DNA of 64,000 nt from Segetibacter sp. Its GTDB lineage: Bacteria; Bacteroidota; Bacteroidia; Chitinophagales; Chitinophagaceae. The notes under the pieces were generated by a model. That model did not search any database. It was not told the DNA's origin and saw nothing but the letters and a program-made list of their open reading frames with translations. The DNA lies in the NCBI GenBank assembly GCA_043733905.1, contig JAYTGA010000299.1:85-64084 (forward strand). The letters run 5' to 3'. Made by a program: the position numbers and the translations under genes. Shown here piece after piece: positions 48,108 through 58,376 of the stretch (its first letter is position 1; each line of letters opens with the position of its first letter).

Positions 48108-48303
48108 ACCTAAAAAATATAGTCTAATCCTCAAAACGATTTTCAAAAGATAAAGTTACAGTCCTTAACAAGAGTTCAAATTAGCATGATGGATAAATGG
48201 ACGTTTCATGATTTGAGTGGCAATGCAAGCACTAAAAACCTTTCATTTTTTCAGGCAGGCAACTGTTATATTTGTATTGACAAAAAAAATAAATCCCACC
48301 GTT

Positions 48304-48690
48304 ATGAAATACATGATGCTCATTGTTGCCGTTGCAGCTTCCTCGTTTGCCTGTCACCGCAAAGTGGTGGCTGCACCCGACACAACCGTTCAAACCGGTT
48401 CCGGCTATGGCATACCCACTTGCCTTCAGCAGCAGATAGACAGCATCAAAAAGCTACCCATGTGGAACCCCCCGGCCACCGTAGAACAATACGAATACAA
48501 TGGCAAAACGGTTTTTCTCATGTCCGCCAACTGCTGCGATTTTTTCGCCACCGCCATTGATGAAAACTGCAATTACGTCTGCGCCCCCTCCGGCGGCTTC
48601 ACCGGCAGAGGCGATGGCAAATGCACCGATTTCAACGACAAAGCCAAACTGATCAAACTCGTTTGGAAAGACGAGAGAGCCAAAAATTAA
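48304..48690 (+). CDS. Small Cys-rich lipoprotein (DUF6970-like)
   Basis: Lipobox FAC; P.C...Y.YNGKTVF...CCDFF...DENCNYVC...GG..G.GDGKC. Confidence 0.7.
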   Translation: MKYMMLIVAVAASSFACHRKVVAAPDTTVQTGSGYGIPTCLQQQIDSIKKLPMWNPPATVEQYEYNGKTVFLMSANCCDFFATAIDENCNYVCAPSGGFTGRGDGKCTDFNDKAKLIKLVWKDERAKN

Positions 48691-48970
48691 TTGCCTTGCA
48701 GAGTGGTTTTTTTGCCCCGGCATTAGTTCTTTACTCAGCTCCGGTTGTGTCACTCACTTTTACCGCATTGCTTTATTCAGCTTTTTCCATGTTTTGCTAC
48801 TTATGATAGTCGTCATTTACCAACGACCTTCATATTGTCCAACTTTGCATGTAACAAAACCTTAGAATTCTATTCAGCACAATGTTTTTTATGAGAAAAG
48901 AGGTATCAGACCCAAAAGATGCTTAGGAAATGTAGGAGTTATGTTATTTTTATTTCAAAAATGAAATTGT

Positions 48971-49930
48971 ATGAAAGTCGTAATAATAATTCTAATGATT
49001 ATGGTATTTTTTGCGGGGTGCAGTGGATTTATAGGTTCTAATTCTGAGAAGGAATTGCTATTGATTAGGGAAATGAACAGGAGTTTGGAAAATTCTAACA
49101 GAACGATTGAACGATCAAACACAATGTATTTGATGTCGCTTGAGTCAAAGCTATATCCGTGGTGGTCTAAAAGTAGGGCTAAAATTTGGAAGTCAAAAGC
49201 AGATACCATACAAAGTCTATCTAACAATTTATATCAGTATATAGAAGCTTTAAAAAGTGAAATCGTAGCGTTTAATGAACACCGAGTTGCCGGAAATACT
49301 TCTGATGAAAATAATAATACTGCAACCGAAGTAATTTTGATTAAAAAAGGAAAGGCAAAAGAATTATTTGAAAGAATAAATGAGTACAAACTATGTCTCA
49401 CAGAGGTTGACACTTTAATAGAGAAAGAATTTCAAAATAAAACGGTACTTGATTCTTCTCTGCAGATTTTTTTATTCAATAAAGACAAATCTTTCGATCA
49501 ATCTTTCAACAATTTGTCTGCGATTGAAACAATTTATAAGTTAACAAGATTTCAAAATGATATAAAAAATACAGAAGCCTCTATTTTGGAATTCTGCGAT
49601 AGAAGAGTTTCAAACATTCATGAAAGTTTCGACGAGTACTTGTCATTCACGGGGATCAATTCCCAATATTTGAAGCCTGGCCAGGAATTAATAATAACTG
49701 CTGGAATGCTTGATCTTAGCATTGCTTTGGACCCAAGAATTAAAATAGACGGAAAGTATATTAAGTTGTCTTCGAGTTTTCTTGCGGAATATAAAACGAA
49801 GGTGTATAAGCCAGGCAAGTATTCAAAGGACGTGGAAGTTAGTTTTATTAAACCCGATGGGACGCCAAGTTCTATAACCAAAAGAGTCAGCTACGAGGTC
49901 GCCAACTGTCCTGGCATGAATAAACCTTAG
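48971..49930 (+). CDS. Orphan GldM N-terminal-like protein
   Basis: INRSLENSN, SKADTIQSLS...YIEALK, LTRFQNDIKNTE and a final Ig-like segment recall the GldM/PorM N-terminal helical and D2 region; visibly AT-rich. Confidence 0.6.
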   Translation: MKVVIIILMIMVFFAGCSGFIGSNSEKELLLIREMNRSLENSNRTIERSNTMYLMSLESKLYPWWSKSRAKIWKSKADTIQSLSNNLYQYIEALKSEIVAFNEHRVAGNTSDENNNTATEVILIKKGKAKELFERINEYKLCLTEVDTLIEKEFQNKTVLDSSLQIFLFNKDKSFDQSFNNLSAIETIYKLTRFQNDIKNTEASILEFCDRRVSNIHESFDEYLSFTGINSQYLKPGQELIITAGMLDLSIALDPRIKIDGKYIKLSSSFLAEYKTKVYKPGKYSKDVEVSFIKPDGTPSSITKRVSYEVANCPGMNKP

Positions 49931-50370
49931 GGTGGTATTGTTACCACAATTTTATTTTAACACTGTAGACAAAAGCATCCGCACCTCAACACCAGTTGTT
50001 GCATAAGGAGCCTTATTCTCTTGGGTGTCCAGCGCAGCGCAGACATTCTGAAACATGCGTCACTCGTCGCCTCATACCTTGAGTCTTTCAGTTTAATCAC
50101 AGCACCCGCTATCGCCACACCCTTGCTATCCTTCTACACCCTCACCCCGCCCACCCCCACACTCCGTATCCCATAATTCCTCTGCGAAGACTCAAGTTCC
50201 TTCCCTCCATGCAACTCACTTTCAAAAATGCAATCCAGAAATTTGCCGGTACTTTAATAGTAAGTTCGCAAGGGCTGTCTTCGTTGCTGCCAATAGGGTA
50301 CAGTTTGCTGAAAAGTATAAACGCCTAAACTTGCGGGGTAAAGCATTCCCCTGAAGTAAAATCTAATCAC

Positions 50371-51825
50371 CTATCTAACCCCCATACACAAATACTTCAC
50401 CTCCAGATATTCCTCAATTCCATACCTGCTGCCCTCCCGGCCAATGCCACTTTCTTTCACTCCGCCGAATGGTGCCTCGGCATGGGAAATAATCCCTTCG
50501 TTAATGCCTATCATTCCATACTCCAATGCTTCGGCAACACGCCAGATACGGTTGATGTTTTGTGAGAAAAAATAGGCGGCTAAACCATAGCTTGTATTGT
50601 TTGCCATTGCAATGGCCTCCTCTTCTGTTTTGAATGTATAAATTGCAGACACAGGTCCGAAAATTTCTTCTTCGTGCATGTCCATCGTGGCATTACAGTT
50701 CTCAACAATTGTTGGTTGGTAAAACAAACTCCCTTCTTTGATCCGTTTGCCGCCATATGTGATGGTTGCACCTTTTGATACTGCATCGGCAAGCAATCGT
50801 TCTACTTTTTGCACTGCCTTTTCTGTGATCAGCGGGCCTATCTGTATGCCTTTTTCGGTACCTTCTCCTACCACTAAGGCAGTATTTGCGATCCGGTATT
50901 TATCCATAAATTGTGTGTAAATATTTTCCTGCACCAGAATACGGTTGGTGCACACACAGGTCTGTCCGGCATTGCGATATTTACTGGCAATCGTTGCCTT
51001 CACTGCCACGTCAACGTCTGCATCGTCAAAGACGATACTAGGAGCATTTCCACCCAATTCAAACGATACTTTTTTCATGGTAGAAGCACTCTGCGCCATC
51101 AGTTGTTTGCCTACTTCGGTGGAGCCCGTAAAGGATACTTTTCTAACAACCGGATGCTCTGTCATGACCTTCCCGACTTCCTTTGACGAGGCGGTTGTGA
51201 CCATGTTGATGACTCCTTCGGGGAAGCCGGCTTCCAATGCTAGTTGCGCCAAAGCCAACGCACAAAGAGGCGTCTCATGTGGTGGCTTCACCACGACTGT
51301 GCAACCTGCTGCAAGGGCTGGTGAAATTTTCCGGGTGATCATGGACACCGGAAAATTCCAGGGAGTAATGGCTGCCACCACACCTATTGGCTGTTTGATG
51401 GTGAGTATCCTTTTTTCCTTCACCGGACTGGGAATGACATCGCCGTAGGTTCGCCTTGCTTCTTCAGCAAACCATTCTATGAACGATGCGCCATACACAA
51501 TTTCTCCTTTGGCTTCTGCCAATGGTTTTCCCTGTTCTGTTGTCATCAGCAAAGCAAGGTCGTCTGCATTTTGCATAATGAGGTCAAACCATTTTTTCAT
51601 GAAAATTGCTCTTTCTTTTGCTGTTGTCCGGCTCCATGTTTTGAAAGCTTTGTGTGCAGCTTCTATCGCATTATCTGTTTCTTGTTCACCGCAATCGGAC
51701 ACTTCGATTATAAGCTTACCATTAGCCGGATTCGTGACTTGAAAGCGCTTCCCATTTGCCGAAGGCGAAAAAATATTGTTGATGAAAGCGTTGTTTTGTA
51801 GCAGGCTATTGTTGGATAGTTTCAT
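50371..51825 (-). CDS. gabD: NAD(P)-dependent succinate-semialdehyde dehydrogenase
   Basis: ITPWNFP, SFTGSTEVG, ELGGNAP, RNAGQTCVC, EEIFGP and PFGGVKESG motifs. Confidence 0.9.
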   Translation of the reverse strand: MKLSNNSLLQNNAFINNIFSPSANGKRFQVTNPANGKLIIEVSDCGEQETDNAIEAAHKAFKTWSRTTAKERAIFMKKWFDLIMQNADDLALLMTTEQGKPLAEAKGEIVYGASFIEWFAEEARRTYGDVIPSPVKEKRILTIKQPIGVVAAITPWNFPVSMITRKISPALAAGCTVVVKPPHETPLCALALAQLALEAGFPEGVINMVTTASSKEVGKVMTEHPVVRKVSFTGSTEVGKQLMAQSASTMKKVSFELGGNAPSIVFDDADVDVAVKATIASKYRNAGQTCVCTNRILVQENIYTQFMDKYRIANTALVVGEGTEKGIQIGPLITEKAVQKVERLLADAVSKGATITYGGKRIKEGSLFYQPTIVENCNATMDMHEEEIFGPVSAIYTFKTEEEAIAMANNTSYGLAAYFFSQNINRIWRVAEALEYGMIGINEGIISHAEAPFGGVKESGIGREGSRYGIEEYLEVKYLCMGVR

Positions 51826-52057
51826 GATTTAGTTTTTATGAAATAGAAAGATAAGATGAAGTAATCATTTTTATACCCACGTATTTAGTTGGAAAAGCAG
51901 TGGATTTTGATAAAGAAAAAGGTTAGAAAATCACGGATGTAGAAATAGATACTCAATCTTTTATCCAACATTCAATTGAGCGAATAAAATTTATAGAAAA
52001 CAAATTGTTTTGTGTCCGGCTTAATTTTCGTTTTAATAGTTGGATAACAAGCACTTT

Positions 52058-53155
52058 ATGTCAACAAAATCATTTGAAGAAATAGTGGCGGCGATACCAA
52101 AACAACGCATCAAATCTATTTTGAAAGATCCGGCCAGCACGGCCAAGGCCATTCACCTGGAATATGTGAACGACAGTAGCAATGGCATCATAAGAAAGCA
52201 AAAAGTAACTGGCTTTGATTATTTTTTCCAAGGAAAAAAAATAGTGGATGAAAAAACGTTGAAAAGAATCAAAAGCCTTGTAATACCGCCAGCCTGGCAG
52301 GATGTATGGATCTCTGAAAAAGAAAACGCTCATTTGCAGGCAACCGGTCTGGATGCCAAGTCCCGTAAGCAATACAGGTATCACCCCGGATGGAACATGC
52401 TGCGGAATCACACTAAATTTTTCAGGCTCTCTTCGTTTGGAGAAGTGATACCAAAATTGAGACTGCAGGTAGAAAAAGATTTAGACAAAAGTGGTTTGCA
52501 GGTAGAAAAAGTATTAGCAACAGTGGTCAGCCTGATGGAAAGAACAAACATAAGAGTCGGCAATTGTTCTTATGAAAAAGCCAATGGATCTTATGGCATT
52601 ACAACCCTGAAAGACAAGCATGTAAAAATAAATGGTCAGAGCATCAGATTTTCATTTAAGGGTAAAAAAGGAGTTTATCACGACATCAGTATCAAAAACA
52701 AAAAGTTGTCGGCCATTGTCAAGAAGTGCCAGGATATACCTGGCAAAGAATTGTTTCAATATCTGGATGACGAAGGAAACAGAAAGTCAATAGATTCAGG
52801 ACTGGTGAATGACTACATTAAACAACATACTGGCGGAGACTTTACTGCAAAAGATCTGCGTACCTGGTCTGGCACGGTTCAGGCTCTGCTTGCTTTTAAG
52901 GAACTGGGCATGACACAAACGGAGGCAGAGACTAAAAGAAATATATTGGCCGCCCTAGAAAACGTTTCAAAAGCATTGGGAAATACCAGAACGGTTTGCA
53001 AAAAATATTACGTTCACCCGATGCTGATTGCCCTTTATGAAACAAACAGCCTTCATAAATATTTTGATCGGTTGGATCGTGAAGAAAGAAACGATCAAAA
53101 AGCCAATCTTACCAACGAAGAAATGGTACTGATGGAAATTTTAAAATCAAACTAA
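52058..53155 (+). CDS. Bacterial (poxvirus-like) DNA topoisomerase IB
   Basis: IPPAWQDVWI, GRKQY-like SRKQYRYH, IRVGN..Y, FKGK.G, FTAKDLRTW and GNTRTVCKKYY motifs. Confidence 0.92.
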   Translation: MSTKSFEEIVAAIPKQRIKSILKDPASTAKAIHLEYVNDSSNGIIRKQKVTGFDYFFQGKKIVDEKTLKRIKSLVIPPAWQDVWISEKENAHLQATGLDAKSRKQYRYHPGWNMLRNHTKFFRLSSFGEVIPKLRLQVEKDLDKSGLQVEKVLATVVSLMERTNIRVGNCSYEKANGSYGITTLKDKHVKINGQSIRFSFKGKKGVYHDISIKNKKLSAIVKKCQDIPGKELFQYLDDEGNRKSIDSGLVNDYIKQHTGGDFTAKDLRTWSGTVQALLAFKELGMTQTEAETKRNILAALENVSKALGNTRTVCKKYYVHPMLIALYETNSLHKYFDRLDREERNDQKANLTNEEMVLMEILKSN

Positions 53156-53218
53156 ACTTTCCATTTGCCAGTTTCGTTTTTGCTAAAAGTTTTTCTGAAA
53201 ACTATAAATCTGTTGCTG

Positions 53219-54250
53219 CTATAAAGCACCTGTGAACTGCCTCAGAAAACGAATATCGTTTTGAGAATAAAGCCGCAGATCATTGACACGATATTTGAGC
53301 TGGCAAATTCTCTCCACGCCCATGCCAAACGCAAAGCCTGTATATTTTTCAGAGTCAATATCAAAATTGTCGAGCATTTTGGGATGTACCATTCCGCAGC
53401 CTAATATCTCTACCCAACCGGTATGTTTGCAAAGGCTGCATCCCGATCCGCCGCATACTGTGCAGCTAATGTCCATCTCTGCACTCGGCTCGGTAAAGGG
53501 GAAATAGCTTGGGCGAAAACGGATCTTTGCATCCTTGCCAAACATTTCCTGCACAAAGAAATACAGCGTTTGTTTCAGGTCGGCAAAACTTACATTCTCA
53601 TCCACATACAAACCTTCTACCTGGTGGAAAAAACAGTGCGCCCTTGCGCTGATGGTTTCATTTCTATACACACGTCCCGGGCAAATAATGCGGATGGGAG
53701 GCTTTTGATTTTCCATGATCCTTGCCTGCACACTACTGGTGTGGGTGCGCAGCAAAAAGTCGGGATTTTGATTCAGGTAAAATGTATCCTGCATATCCCT
53801 TGCAGGGTGGTTTTCGGGAAGGTTTAGAGCAGTGAAATTGTGCCAGTCATCTTCTATTTCCGGCCCTTCTGCCACGGCAAAACCAAGCCTTTTGAAAATA
53901 GACACCATCTTATTTCTGACAATGGTGAGCGGGTGACGTGTACCTGTGGCAACAGGATCGCCGGGCAACGACAAGTCAATGGAAGATGAAGCTGAAGACT
54001 CTGTATCAGCAAGGCTTTCCTTCAACGATTCATATTTTTCTTCTGCAGCAATTTTGAAGGCATTGAGTACCTGGCCGAATTCTTTTTTGCTTTCGTTTGG
54101 CACGTTGCGCATTTCGCCCATCACATTTTTGACAATGCCTTTGGTACCGAGAAAGCGGATGCGAAAATTTTCAAGTTCCGCAGCATCAGTTGCCTGAAAA
54201 TTTGCTATTTCCTGTTTGTAATTTTCTATTTGCTGCAATAGTTCTTCCAT
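53219..54250 (-). CDS. pheS: Phenylalanine-tRNA ligase alpha subunit
   Basis: HPARDMQDTFY, LRTHTSSVQ, FRPSYFPFTEPS and GFAFGMG motifs; start refined to ATG 54250. Confidence 0.97.
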   Translation of the reverse strand: MEELLQQIENYKQEIANFQATDAAELENFRIRFLGTKGIVKNVMGEMRNVPNESKKEFGQVLNAFKIAAEEKYESLKESLADTESSASSSIDLSLPGDPVATGTRHPLTIVRNKMVSIFKRLGFAVAEGPEIEDDWHNFTALNLPENHPARDMQDTFYLNQNPDFLLRTHTSSVQARIMENQKPPIRIICPGRVYRNETISARAHCFFHQVEGLYVDENVSFADLKQTLYFFVQEMFGKDAKIRFRPSYFPFTEPSAEMDISCTVCGGSGCSLCKHTGWVEILGCGMVHPKMLDNFDIDSEKYTGFAFGMGVERICQLKYRVNDLRLYSQNDIRFLRQFTGAL

Positions 54251-54294
54251 GTGGTGAAGATAAGGTGATGAATATTTTTTGAGAGGAATGGAAC

Positions 54295-56988
54295 TTATTC
54301 CAACACAGGCCGTAGCCATTTTTCTGCTTTTTCCAGGCTCATTCCTTTTCTTTCTGCATAATCGGCCAACTGGTCTTTGTTTATTTTCCCCAAGCCAAAG
54401 TAATGGCTTTTTGGATGTGCAAAATACCAGCCACAAACAGATGCCGGAGGGTTCATGGCCAGGCTTTCTGTCATTTCTATTCCAATGTTTTCCGTCACGT
54501 TCATCAGGTCAAACAGTTTTATTTTCTCCGTGTGGTCGGGACAGGCGGGATAGCCCGGTGCGGGGCGGATGCCTTTGTAGCCTTCTCTTATCAACTCTTC
54601 GTTGGTGAGGGTTTCATTTTTTTCGTAGCCCCAATATTCCTTCCTCACCTGTTGGTGGAGGCACTCGGCAAAGGCTTCTACAAATCGGTCGGCGAGTATC
54701 TGCACCAATATTTTGTTGTACTCATCGTGGTCGGCGGCAAAGCGGTCTATGTGTTCCCTTGCACCGCTAACGGTCACGGCAAAGGCTCCCATGTAATCGG
54801 TTTCGGCACCTTCTGCTTCTTCTGGTTTCACAAAGTCGGCGAGTGAATAACTTGGCTGACCCATTGCCTTTTTCAATTGCTGCCGAAGGCTTTCCAGTTT
54901 CACCGGGCCTTTGTCGGTTTGAATAGTAACGGTATCTCTATTGTTGCTGAGTGCTGGCCAAAATCCAATCACGCCATTGGCACTGTACCATTTTTCAGCA
55001 ATGATTTTTTCGACCATTTTCTGTGCATCGTTGTACAGCCTTGTTGCTTCTTCCCCAAATATTTTATCGGTCAGCACCGCCGGAAAATGACCGGGCATTT
55101 CCCAACCGATGAAGAATGGACCCCAGTCTATGTACTTAGCAATCGTTCCCAAATCAAAATCTTTAAAAACCTTGACACTGTCTATGGCCGGTTTGGTTGG
55201 CTGATAGCCTTTCCAGTCAAAATATTCTTTGGTAATAACAGCCTCTTCGTAAGCAATCAGGTTTTTGTTTCGTTGCTTGTTGGCAAATTGTGTTTGCAGG
55301 TCTGCGTATTCTTTGGTGATTTGTTGCAGAAATGCCGGCTTGGTTTCTTTGTTCAAAAGATTGGTAACCACTGTTACACTTCGGCTTGCATCAAGCACAT
55401 GTACCACGCCGTTGTCATATTGCGGAGCAATTTTTACAGCGGTGTGCATACGGCTTGTGGTGGCTCCGCCAATGAGCAGCGGTTGCTTCATATTCCGGCG
55501 TTTCATTTCGTGGGCTATGTGTACCATTTCATCCAGCGAAGGGGTGATGAGGCCGCTTAGGCCAATCACATCTGCACCTACCTTTTCAGCTTCATCCAGT
55601 ATTTTATCGGCAGGCACCATGACACCCATGTCTATGATGTCGTAGCCATTGCAGCCGAGTACAACACCCACAATATTTTTACCGATGTCGTGAACATCGC
55701 CTTTAACAGTCGCCATCAGTACTTTGGCAGCACCGCCTTGTTTGGCCAATGGGTTATTCTTTTTTTCTTCTTCAATAAAAGGAAAAAGATAGGCAACACT
55801 TTTCTTCATCACCCTTGCACTTTTGACCACCTGCGGCAGAAACATTTTGCCGCTGCCAAACAAGTCGCCAACAATGTTCATGCCGTCCATCAGCGGGCCT
55901 TCTATTACGTCCAATGGTTTGGGATATTTTACCCTTGCCTCTTCGGTATCGGCATCAATGTAATCAGTGATGCCGTTGACCAGTGAATGAGCCAGTCTTT
56001 TTTCAACCGGTTCTTTTCTCCATTCTTCATTTTTGATGTTTTCTTTGCCTTTGGCTTTCACAGTTTCAGCAAAGTTGATGAGTGCTTCGGTGGCTTCGTT
56101 GTTGTCGTTGTTGCGGTTAAGCAAAACATCTTCGCACAGCCGTTTCAGTTCGGGTTCTATTTCATCATAAACAACCAGTTGCCCAGCGTTCACAATGCCC
56201 ATATCCATACCAGCTTTAATAGTATAGTAGAGAAATACGGAGTGCATTGCTTCTCTCACATGGTCATTTCCACGGAAGGAAAAAGAAATATTGCTCACTC
56301 CCCCGCTTATTTTAGTCAGGGGCATCAGCCGCTTGATTTCCCTTGTGGCTTCTATGAAGTCAACTGCATAGTTATTGTGTTCTTCAATGCCTGTTGCGAC
56401 CGCAAAAATGTTTGGGTCGAAAATGATTTCCTGCGGGTCGTAGCCTACTTGTTCGGTCAGGATTTTATAAGCCCTGTGGCAAATTTCTACTTTTCTTTCT
56501 TTGGTGTCAGCTTGTCCTTTTTCGTCAAAAGCCATGACAATAACCGAAGCGCCATAGCTTCTGCAAATGAAGGCCTGCTCTATAAACTTCGCTTCGCCTT
56601 CCTTCATACTGATGGAGTTGACAATGCACTTGCCCTGCACACATTTTAGACCAGCTTCAATGATTTCAAACTTTGAGCTGTCTATCATGACAGGTATCTT
56701 GGCAATGTCCGGCTCGGCCTGCAACAAGTTGAGGAAAGTGGTCATGGCATGAACACCCTCAAGCAGGGCATCGTCCATGTTCACATCCAGTATTTGTGCA
56801 CCGTTTTCTACCTGCTGTCGTGCTACCGACAATGCCTCCTCGTACTGGTTTTCACGAATTAGGCGGGCAAATTTTTTGGAACCGGTTACATTGGTTCTTT
56901 CGCCTACGTTTACAAAATTGGTTTCTGGTCTAATGACCAGTGGTTCGAGACCTGCGAGGCGGAGGTAAGGTTTGATAGTTGAACTCAT
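54295..56988 (-). CDS. metH: B12-dependent methionine synthase, pterin-, cobalamin-binding and activation domains (split metH, part 2)
   Basis: [29 protein letters not shown] and [10 protein letters not shown] motifs; start refined to ATG 56988. Confidence 0.96.
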   Translation of the reverse strand: MSSTIKPYLRLAGLEPLVIRPETNFVNVGERTNVTGSKKFARLIRENQYEEALSVARQQVENGAQILDVNMDDALLEGVHAMTTFLNLLQAEPDIAKIPVMIDSSKFEIIEAGLKCVQGKCIVNSISMKEGEAKFIEQAFICRSYGASVIVMAFDEKGQADTKERKVEICHRAYKILTEQVGYDPQEIIFDPNIFAVATGIEEHNNYAVDFIEATREIKRLMPLTKISGGVSNISFSFRGNDHVREAMHSVFLYYTIKAGMDMGIVNAGQLVVYDEIEPELKRLCEDVLLNRNNDNNEATEALINFAETVKAKGKENIKNEEWRKEPVEKRLAHSLVNGITDYIDADTEEARVKYPKPLDVIEGPLMDGMNIVGDLFGSGKMFLPQVVKSARVMKKSVAYLFPFIEEEKKNNPLAKQGGAAKVLMATVKGDVHDIGKNIVGVVLGCNGYDIIDMGVMVPADKILDEAEKVGADVIGLSGLITPSLDEMVHIAHEMKRRNMKQPLLIGGATTSRMHTAVKIAPQYDNGVVHVLDASRSVTVVTNLLNKETKPAFLQQITKEYADLQTQFANKQRNKNLIAYEEAVITKEYFDWKGYQPTKPAIDSVKVFKDFDLGTIAKYIDWGPFFIGWEMPGHFPAVLTDKIFGEEATRLYNDAQKMVEKIIAEKWYSANGVIGFWPALSNNRDTVTIQTDKGPVKLESLRQQLKKAMGQPSYSLADFVKPEEAEGAETDYMGAFAVTVSGAREHIDRFAADHDEYNKILVQILADRFVEAFAECLHQQVRKEYWGYEKNETLTNEELIREGYKGIRPAPGYPACPDHTEKIKLFDLMNVTENIGIEMTESLAMNPPASVCGWYFAHPKSHYFGLGKINKDQLADYAERKGMSLEKAEKWLRPVLE

Positions 56989-56997
56989 TTCTTTTTG

Positions 56998-57083
56998 TTT
57001 GAACCACGAAGGCACAAAGTGGCACTAAGATTTATTTATTTGTTTGAACCACTAAGGCACGTAGGCGCAAAGAGGCACTAAGA
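56998..57083 (+). repeat. AACCAC-(CACNAAGR)n repeat, two units, left of GxxExxY
   Basis: TTTGAACCACGAAGGCACAAAGTGGCACTAAGA and TTTGAACCACTAAGGCACGTAGGCGCAAAGAGGCACTAAGA. Confidence 0.85.
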
Positions 57084-57084
57084 C

Positions 57085-57480
57085 TTACATGATTATTCGT
57101 TTGATTCCATCTTTCATTAAAGGAACATGGAAGTTTAATAAATAGCCTAAGCGAATTTTAGTGAGTTTTAAATAACTCATTATTTGCGCTTCCCATACAG
57201 CATGATAGTTTTCCTGTGCTTTGAATTCTACAATTACCAACCCATCAACAAAGCAGTCTAATCTAAGACCATCATCAATTTTTAAATCGTTGTAGATTAT
57301 CGGAACACATTTTTCCCTGTCAAAGTTTATTTTTCTTAAAGACAATTCATAATAAAAGCACTTGGCATATACACTTTCTAATAAACCCGGGCCTAACTGT
57401 TTGTGAATTTTAACAGCAATGTCCACTATTTCTTTTCCAATTAATTCTTCCCTATCTGATAATTTTGTGTACATACTCAT
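57085..57480 (-). CDS. GxxExxY protein (PD-(D/E)XK-like)
   Basis: IHKQLGPGLLESVY, RLDCFVDGLVIVEFKA and GYLLNF motifs. Confidence 0.93.
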   Translation of the reverse strand: MSMYTKLSDREELIGKEIVDIAVKIHKQLGPGLLESVYAKCFYYELSLRKINFDREKCVPIIYNDLKIDDGLRLDCFVDGLVIVEFKAQENYHAVWEAQIMSYLKLTKIRLGYLLNFHVPLMKDGIKRIIM

Positions 57481-57493
57481 CTTCTTCTTTCAC

Positions 57494-58069
57494 TTAAACC
57501 TTCGTTTTCCTCCGTGTCTTAGTGTCTTTGTGGTTCTCTCTTCCGGCAAGAAAACCTATTTCAGTACGGGGTTTTTCTTCCTGGGTAATTAATTTTTTTA
57601 AAACTTTAAATATGTGCTGCACTTCATCATCTTTTTGAAGCAATGCCTGTTCTATTTTTTCCAGCTTCATCCATAGGTCTTTGTTGTCCACCAACAACTG
57701 TTTCATTTTAGTGTAAACCCTGATTATCTGGATATTTACCTGGATTGCTCTTTCTGAACGTAAAATAGATGAAAGCATAGCAACACCTTGCTCGGTGAAT
57801 GCATTTGGTAATTTACGAACACCTCCATAACTTGAAGTCACAATTTGTGACTTCAAGTTTCCCCATTCTGCTTCTGATAATTGAAACATAAAATCTTCGG
57901 GGAACCTGTTAATATTTCTTTTTACTGCTTGATTAAGTGCAGCAGTTTCTACATCATACATTTCCGCCAAATCCTTATCCAGCATAACTTTCTGGCCTCT
58001 GACAATATGAATTTTATTGACAATGATTTCATCGTCTATTTTGACGATTTCCAGATTTGCTTTCGCCAT
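57494..58069 (-). CDS. ORF6N domain DNA-binding protein
   Basis: RGQKVMLDKDLAEMY.VET..LNQAVKRN..RFPEDFMFQL...LKSQIVTS...PNAFTEQGVAMLS. Confidence 0.93.
   Translation of the reverse strand: MAKANLEIVKIDDEIIVNKIHIVRGQKVMLDKDLAEMYDVETAALNQAVKRNINRFPEDFMFQLSEAEWGNLKSQIVTSSYGGVRKLPNAFTEQGVAMLSSILRSERAIQVNIQIIRVYTKMKQLLVDNKDLWMKLEKIEQALLQKDDEVQHIFKVLKKLITQEEKPRTEIGFLAGRENHKDTKTRRKTKV
57511..57537 (-). repeat. AACCAC-(CACNAAGR)n repeat, right of GxxExxY, inverted relative to the left copies
   Basis: Minus strand AGAACCACAAAGACACTAAGACACGGA; it forms the last codons of ORF6N. Confidence 0.8.
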
Positions 58070-58098
58070 CCGATTATTTTTACAGTTAGAAAATGTTG

Positions 58099-58376
58099 TT
58101 TGAAGTCACAATTTGTGACTTCAAAATTTTTTGATGAAAAACTCAAACTTGATATCACAATCTGTGATATCAAGTTTGAGTTTTCATCAGGGTTGAAAAG
58201 TAATATTGCTGTTTATCATTTTATTAAGTATAAAAATTGAACCTATTTAATCAAATTTTTCAACTTGATATCACAATCTGTGATATCAAGTTGAAAAATC
58301 ATCTGTTTTCTTAAACTTGAAGTCACAATTTGTGACTTCAAAAGATTCTTAATATTCCATTCTGCGATATCAAGTT
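58099..58376. repeat. Cluster of four full and one half palindromes TTGA(AG/TA)TCACA-ATY-TGTGA(CT/TA)TCAA
   Basis: Copies at 58099-58125, 58132-58189, 58255-58299, 58317-58341 and a half site at 58361-58376. The same palindrome lies inside ORF6N at 57829-57859. Confidence 0.92.

Noticed and set aside
54250-54436. Extended pheS N-terminus overlapping metH
   Set aside because: It is a frame extension; the true start is the ATG at 54250 (MEELLQQI).
56988-57015. Extended metH start MPSWFKQKE
   Set aside because: It is encoded by the reverse complement of the AACCAC repeat; ATG 56988 is more plausible.
57881-58240. Plus-strand 119-aa ORF containing LKSQFVTS
   Set aside because: The motif arises only because the palindrome reads the same on both strands; the rest is antisense ORF6N.
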